A stretch of 64,000 nt of DNA from an uncultured Verrucomicrobiota bacterium. GTDB taxonomy: Bacteria > Verrucomicrobiota > Verrucomicrobiia > Limisphaerales > UBA9464. The notes under the pieces were generated by a model. It saw only the letters and a program-made list of their open reading frames with translations. It did no database searches and was not told the origin of the DNA. Positions 61,527 through 64,000 of this stretch are shown in pieces. The stretch is taken from NCBI GenBank assembly GCA_903907925.1, contig CAIVQB010000106.1, positions 24,990 to 88,989 of the forward strand, given 5' to 3'. Made by a program: the position numbers and the translations under genes. How positions within the stretch are numbered: the stretch's first letter is position 1; each line of letters opens with the position of its first letter.

Positions 61527-62410
61527 CAGCGCATGCCCTCCAGGCGCCGGTCCTCTTGAATCACGCCGGCCAGATAGTCTCGGTACTCGCACTTCGGGAG
61601 AGTCGTGACCAGGGCCTCCAACTGGGCCAGGCTGAGGAAACCGCGCCGGTAAGCCGCCTCTTCCGGGCAGCCGACCTTGACGCCCTGCCGTTTCTCGATG
61701 GTCTGCACGTAGGCGCTGGCGTCGTGAAGGCTGCTGCTGGTGCCGGCATCCAGCCAGGCAAAGCCCCGGCCCAGCCGGTGGACGTGCAACTGTCCGCGCC
61801 GCAGATACTCGAGATTCACATCGGTGATCTCCAGTTCGCCGCGGGCCGACGGCTTGAGGGCGGCGGCGATGGCCACCACCTCATTGTCGTATAGGTAAAG
61901 TCCGGGCACGGCGTAATTGCTTCGCGGCCGCTCTGGTTTTTCCTCGATGGAGATCGCTTTTCCGGCGGCGTCGAATTCCACCACGCCGTAGCGTTCCGGA
62001 TCGGTCACCTGGTATCCGAAGATGGTGGAACCCGTGGAAAATCCGGTGAAGGCCCGCTGAAAGGTGTCGCCGCCGTAAAAGATATTGTCCCCCAGAATCA
62101 GAGTCACGGAATCGGCGCCAATGAAACCGGCCGCGATCCGGAATGCCTGCGCGATGCCCTCCGGTCGGGCCTGCTCGAAGTACTCGATCGAAATCCCCCA
62201 GCGCTTTCCATCACCCAACAGACTGCGAAACCGCGGCAGGTCGTGTGGCGTGGAGATCAGACAGATTTCGCGAACCCCGCCCTCAATCAGGGTCGACAGC
62301 GGATAGTACACCATCGGTTTGTCGTAAACCGGTTGGAGTTGTTTGCTGGCGACCTGGGTCAGCGGATACAGCCGCGAACCCGCTCCGCCGGCGAGGATGA
62401 TGCCCTTCAT
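61526..62410 (-). CDS. rfbA: Glucose-1-phosphate thymidylyltransferase
   Basis: Start [18 protein letters not shown] (ATG 62410). 294 aa. [20 protein letters not shown] and [12 protein letters not shown] motifs. Confidence 0.9.
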   Translation of the reverse strand: MKGIILAGGAGSRLYPLTQVASKQLQPVYDKPMVYYPLSTLIEGGVREICLISTPHDLPRFRSLLGDGKRWGISIEYFEQARPEGIAQAFRIAAGFIGADSVTLILGDNIFYGGDTFQRAFTGFSTGSTIFGYQVTDPERYGVVEFDAAGKAISIEEKPERPRSNYAVPGLYLYDNEVVAIAAALKPSARGELEITDVNLEYLRRGQLHVHRLGRGFAWLDAGTSSSLHDASAYVQTIEKRQGVKVGCPEEAAYRRGFLSLAQLEALVTTLPKCEYRDYLAGVIQEDRRLEGMR

Positions 62411-62550
62411 TTTGCGGGTGAAAATCGCCGAGCACCGCCAACAAAGCAACGGGGAAGGTCCAAACCGGGCTCTTGAGTCCGTTGTGAACCCGGCGGACGC
62501 AGGGTGCCGCAGGGTTTTTGTTCGGACGCGATCTCTCCCGCGGACGAGTG

Positions 62551-64000
62551 TTAGCGCCCCTTGGGAAGCCAGTCGGCGATCAATTCCTGTTCGGCATTTC
62601 GGAGCCACATGCCGGCGAGCGGCGCCGCCAGTTCGCGGGCCCGAACCCGTTGTTGATTCGCGCCGAGCACGGCGACGCGAATCACCCGGTAGATCACCGC
62701 GTCTTCATAAGTCACCGGCAGGCGGTCCAGATGATCCAGTGCGCCGGCCGGATTGCGCAGCTTCAACTCGATCAGGGCCAGCGCGTGGAGCAGTCCGGCG
62801 TCGTTGGGTCGCTGTTTCAACAACGTCGCGAGAAGATCCCGGTTTTCCACGAGCCGGGAGCCGATCAACGCCTGCGTGAGGGCGAGGTCCCGTTGCAGGT
62901 CGAGGTTGGTGGGATCGAAGGTGAGCAGCTTCTGAAACGCCCGGACCGTCGACGGAAGATCATCCTGGGTGGCGAGCAGGCGCAGCATGGCCTGGCCGGC
63001 CTTGACCGCGAACGTGGGTGAATCGAGCAGGGCGCTCCACGCCCGGACCGCCGCTTCCGGACGACCGCAGCGCTCGGCGGCGGAGGCGATAAGAAACAAA
63101 CGGCGGGGCTCTCCGCCCGCGGAGGCGATGGCATGATCAAAGTAGACCAGGGCGTCATTGGTCCGTCCGGTTTGCGCCGCCGTCAAACCCTTGAAGGTGT
63201 CACGAAGGGTGGGATCGGTGTTGGATTCAGCATGAGCCAGGTCCGACTCGATTTCATCCCACCGCCGCAGGTTGGCGAGTGCCTGGAGCCGGTATTCGAG
63301 GGCGTTCAGATTGGTCCGGGCCACCGCGACCGGAAGAAGCTGGACGGCCTCGGCGTCCGCACCGTGGTTGGAAAGCCAATCGGCAATGCGGATGCGATCG
63401 GTGAGGTTGGAGGCGGCCTGGACCGATTCAAACTCGGTCCGAATCAATCCCGGATGACGGTCGGGATGCAGCTTCCAGTCGATCTCATCGATCAACAGCC
63501 GTTCTTCAACGGACGGATCCGGCTTCTTTTTCAACAGTGCGGCGAGCACCGCTTGATCGGCCGGGTTGGTTTTCGGGTTGAGCACCAGCATCCGGACGGC
63601 GTCGGTGGATTCACGTGCCGACCCGACCGCGAGAGACCACAGCAGCGCACGTCCGCGGGCTTCATCGTCCGGCGATTCCGGTTGGAGAAACAGCATCCGC
63701 CCGGCGGCCAGCACGAAGCGGGGATCCGACGGAAACCGGTTCAACGCCGCCCTCACGTTGGCCCGGGCGACGTCGAGATCGGCCCGCTGGGCGTCATGTC
63801 TCAACAGCAGGAGCCAAGATTCCGGCTCGCGAATGCTCATGGACCGCAGCTTGACGAGGGCCCGCCCGGCGACGTCGGTGCGTTGCAGGTCGAGGGCGAC
63901 CCCGATGTGTTGGCGGACATCGGCTTCGGTCGCGGCTCCGGTGGACTCCAGCATCTCCCAATACTGAAGGCTCTGCGGGAGGAGGAAATGGGTGCTGTAG
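62551..64000 (-). CDS. TPR-like helical repeat protein (hypothetical), possibly continuing beyond the window end
   Basis: 467-aa ORF from ATG 63954. The frame stays open upstream to position 64000 (..[16 protein letters not shown]), so the true start may lie outside the window. Ala/Leu/Arg-rich helical repeats. Confidence 0.5.
   Translation of the reverse strand, partial: YSTHFLLPQSLQYWEMLESTGAATEADVRQHIGVALDLQRTDVAGRALVKLRSMSIREPESWLLLLRHDAQRADLDVARANVRAALNRFPSDPRFVLAAGRMLFLQPESPDDEARGRALLWSLAVGSARESTDAVRMLVLNPKTNPADQAVLAALLKKKPDPSVEERLLIDEIDWKLHPDRHPGLIRTEFESVQAASNLTDRIRIADWLSNHGADAEAVQLLPVAVARTNLNALEYRLQALANLRRWDEIESDLAHAESNTDPTLRDTFKGLTAAQTGRTNDALVYFDHAIASAGGEPRRLFLIASAAERCGRPEAAVRAWSALLDSPTFAVKAGQAMLRLLATQDDLPSTVRAFQKLLTFDPTNLDLQRDLALTQALIGSRLVENRDLLATLLKQRPNDAGLLHALALIELKLRNPAGALDHLDRLPVTYEDAVIYRVIRVAVLGANQQRVRARELAAPLAGMWLRNAEQELIADWLPKGR

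Overview
High-GC bacterial chromosomal segment (about 60% or more by eye, not computed). The gene repertoire points to the PVC superphylum (Verrucomicrobiota/Planctomycetota-like): three prepilin-leader 'H-X9-DG' proteins, a PSCyt/DUF1549/DUF1553 + DUF1501 pair, and a giant RCC1/Ig-repeat surface protein. I support about 50 protein-coding genes. I recognised no rRNA, tRNA, CRISPR array, integrase or transposase.

Content in order:
- Tricorn-like protease (5' part of the gene, minus strand, continues past the window start), Ski2-like helicase, YdjC-type deacetylase.
- A MacA/MacB-type efflux operon with two permease paralogs, then a Ste24-type M48 peptidase.
- A 5'-truncated ADOP-type permease fused to a gene fragment.
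- Two AbrB-PIN toxin-antitoxin pairs, one with an amber-disrupted toxin.
- A sugar-acid catabolic cluster (HpcH aldolase, two 2-hydroxyacid dehydrogenases, an isomerase) and an arylsulfotransferase-family protein.
- The RCC1 giant gene, split at an A7 tract.
- A lactonase/dgoK/KDPG-aldolase cluster, then two large unknown exported proteins.
- A PD40/DUF1501/PSCyt/TPR operon, an FAD oxidoreductase and TolC.
- folP-cdaA-cdaR-glmM (glmM frameshifted as assembled), a VOC protein and mutM.
- A His-rich COG0523 GTPase, a WD40 protein, then rmlB / NRS-ER-like / rmlA and a TPR protein.

Many adjacent genes overlap by 1-4 nt (ATGA/GTGA), which supports the operon calls.

Best candidate for an uncharacterised system: a two-gene, translationally coupled ABC-type (AAA_15/AAA_21-like) ATPase plus DUF4276/Toprim-like cassette at 57444-59290. 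It sits in a small islet bounded by non-coding DNA and looks lower in GC. It resembles a split OLD/PARIS-type defence module.

All product calls come from motif and family recognition by eye. No searches were run.
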